Shown here piece after piece: positions 62,094 to 64,000 of a stretch of 64,000 nt of DNA; positions within the stretch are counted from its first letter, which is position 1, and the number at the start of each line of letters is the position of its first letter. The DNA lies in the IMG/VR virus record IMGVR_UViG_3300021963_000027, positions 32,001 through 96,000 of that record. One strand, given 5' to 3'. A program made the translations under genes and the position numbers. The notes beneath the pieces were generated by a model. That model made no database searches and was not told where the DNA came from. It saw only the letters and a list, made by a program, of their open reading frames with translations. This DNA is from a virus.

Positions 62094-63719
62094 TCAGTTA
62101 AATCTGTCTAGGAAGAACTTGGGAAGCTTCTTCTTGTTTCTATTAATAGCATCAAAAATGCTCCCGTCAAGTATATATGTTTCACACCAGTCATCATGGG
62201 CGCGAACACTACGACCACAAGCCTGAAGCAGAGTCTTGAGCATAGCATTACCATACCAATCCTTATCAATTTTCATCAGCTTCTCTACTCGAACATCCTT
62301 TGTCGGTAGCCATGGTGCTTTCAGAATGATTTGGAAGCGAGACAAATCACCTTTCAAATCCACGCCATATGTCATTGAAGGAGATACCAAAATGGTCGGT
62401 TCACTGGACGATTCATGGATTTCCAAAAGCTGTTCATTATTCACTCCTGCTTCTCTACAAAGCAAACGATCTGATTTTATATTTTCTCGAATATAATCTG
62501 CCAAATATTGAGTGTGCGTGTGGATGATACCTTTTTCATCTTTATGATGTTCCATAATACCTTTGATCTGTTTCACCAAAGTTGGAAGCATGGATTTTAG
62601 ATTTTGGAAATTTAATTTCTGTTTCGCCATGATGTGAATCGGTGACTTCTCTGGATTGAAGTCTGTTCCAATATGGATATATTCATGATCTTTAATACCA
62701 AGAGCTTTACAATAAGCATCAGGATCAATAATCGTCGCAGAAAGAATGACTACCTTTTCAGCATAATCAAACAAATATTTTGAAAGAACATCAACTTTCA
62801 AAGGAATAAATCGAATGGCATTTTCCAATCGTTCTACGATGTAGTCGCTATCATAGAAAGTATCAACCAACAATTGCAAGGAATTTTGAAGATTGGTGAG
62901 TTTGGTGTATTCCTGTTTCTTTTTATTGAAAGTGATGATATCCTTTTTATTACTATTCTCACCAAACCAACTTTTGTATTCTTCTACGGAATTTGTTACA
63001 CTGTCTGCAACCTTGCTAATCCATGCCAACACCTTGGTTTTGTTATTATCATCATTAGGGAATGGCGTGACGAGTGTTTGAGTCTTCATGAGAAATGGGA
63101 TATCCACTTCACATGTAAATTGACCAACTAACTGCTCTTCCAATTCCGAACCCTCATCACATACAATGATTTGTCTTTTCTTGAGATGGTTGGGGAGAGA
63201 GAAAAACATACTGTAATTCAAAGCAGAAAACTTTGATGTTAGCATGTTATTGCGAGAATTGTAATATGGGCAACGATTAGCTTTCCAACACTCATTCTTC
63301 TGATTGGCAACGTAAATACATGGTGCAACATCAACTGATAATGTATCATCCACATCACACTGGTAGTTACTCTTACCTTTCAGAACTCCCGTATCATCGA
63401 AAGTATTCTGGTATTGGTCTTGGAGTGATTTGGTAATCGTCAAAGAATAGCAACCAAATGAATCGATGTCTTTCATCAATTCTGCACCATTTTCAGCAAA
63501 TACGCTATAATTCTTTACGAGCCGTTCAAATTCAACGGGAACATCTTTAGATACATTCCCAAGGGTTTTAGCTAAGTGTGTCTTACCTACCCCCGTGTCT
63601 GCATGGACGATTATGAATTTTTTACCATTCTCAAATGCTTTTTCAATGGCATTGAGAGCTTTCGCTTGTTTATCACGAGGGTTAAATCCCTCTGGGAAGT
63701 TTAATATTAAGTTACGCAT
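62094..63719 (-). CDS. DinG/XPD-family SF2 helicase
   Basis: ADTGVGKT, VCDEG, LSATI, GVDLKGD.SRFQI, LQACGRSVR...ILD. Confidence 0.88.
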   Translation of the reverse strand: MRNLILNFPEGFNPRDKQAKALNAIEKAFENGKKFIIVHADTGVGKTHLAKTLGNVSKDVPVEFERLVKNYSVFAENGAELMKDIDSFGCYSLTITKSLQDQYQNTFDDTGVLKGKSNYQCDVDDTLSVDVAPCIYVANQKNECWKANRCPYYNSRNNMLTSKFSALNYSMFFSLPNHLKKRQIIVCDEGSELEEQLVGQFTCEVDIPFLMKTQTLVTPFPNDDNNKTKVLAWISKVADSVTNSVEEYKSWFGENSNKKDIITFNKKKQEYTKLTNLQNSLQLLVDTFYDSDYIVERLENAIRFIPLKVDVLSKYLFDYAEKVVILSATIIDPDAYCKALGIKDHEYIHIGTDFNPEKSPIHIMAKQKLNFQNLKSMLPTLVKQIKGIMEHHKDEKGIIHTHTQYLADYIRENIKSDRLLCREAGVNNEQLLEIHESSSEPTILVSPSMTYGVDLKGDLSRFQIILKAPWLPTKDVRVEKLMKIDKDWYGNAMLKTLLQACGRSVRAHDDWCETYILDGSIFDAINRNKKKLPKFFLDRFN

Positions 63720-63779
63720 TTTTTAAGATTTCAATTTCACATCAAAATACATTTGATATGGAAATCCTACCACGTAATT

Positions 63780-64000
63780 TTAAGATGTCAAGACGTAAAG
63801 ATAATTATCGAAAAATTTGGAAGCATCTGACTTGTTGATTGCTTTCATCTTCCAATAAACTTCTTCAGTTCTTGGACAGAATGCGCTCAGAGCATAATCA
63901 AAAATAAATCCATTTTCGATTTTTTTAATATCATAAGGATAAGAGATTTCCCATTCTTTGGTTTCATTATCTTCCTCAATTTTAAATCTTACAAAATTTT
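63780..64000 (-). CDS. Hypothetical protein, 3' part (runs off the window end)
   Basis: Open minus-strand frame ending in TAA at 63782-63780. Confidence 0.55.
   Translation of the reverse strand, partial: NFVRFKIEEDNETKEWEISYPYDIKKIENGFIFDYALSAFCPRTEEVYWKMKAINKSDASKFFDNYLYVLTS

Noticed and set aside
1-64000. Alternative genetic code (TGA or TAG recoding)
   Set aside because: Core genes are intact in the standard code, and TAG and TGA both end many genes, including ATGA overlaps. Only one suspicious TGA (12171) was seen.

Overview
This window is part of a large, AT-rich T4-like (myovirus-type) bacteriophage genome with two very different halves. Left (1-26.2 kb, + strand): about 85 mostly short hypothetical genes and several RNA genes. 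Almost every one is headed by its own copy of a ~25-30 nt element, (A/T)TAAAAAACTAG-NN-TAnnnT-N6(-9)-ATG; my manual count is roughly 75-80 copies. The element looks like a promoter that makes leaderless mRNAs. It often supplies the stop codon of the upstream gene (proteins ending in ...LKN*), and its subtypes cluster by position, which suggests a growing gene-cassette array. The array also holds three atypical tRNA-like genes, one of them apparently circularly permuted, and ends in iterated heptamers, a palindrome and a strand switch near 26.2 kb. Right (26.4-64 kb, mostly - strand): a tRNA cluster, CCA-adding enzyme, thyX, endolysin, ClpP, nrdAB, and T4-like head/neck/baseplate genes (gp5 split in two, gp23, gp22, gp21, gp4, gp13, gp20, gp15). 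It also has three putative homing endonucleases (one lies in the left half), an AAA ATPase and a DinG-like helicase. Late genes are typically preceded by TAAATA only ~5 nt before the ATG. Product calls come from motif recognition by eye, with no database searches, and the host cannot be determined from this window.
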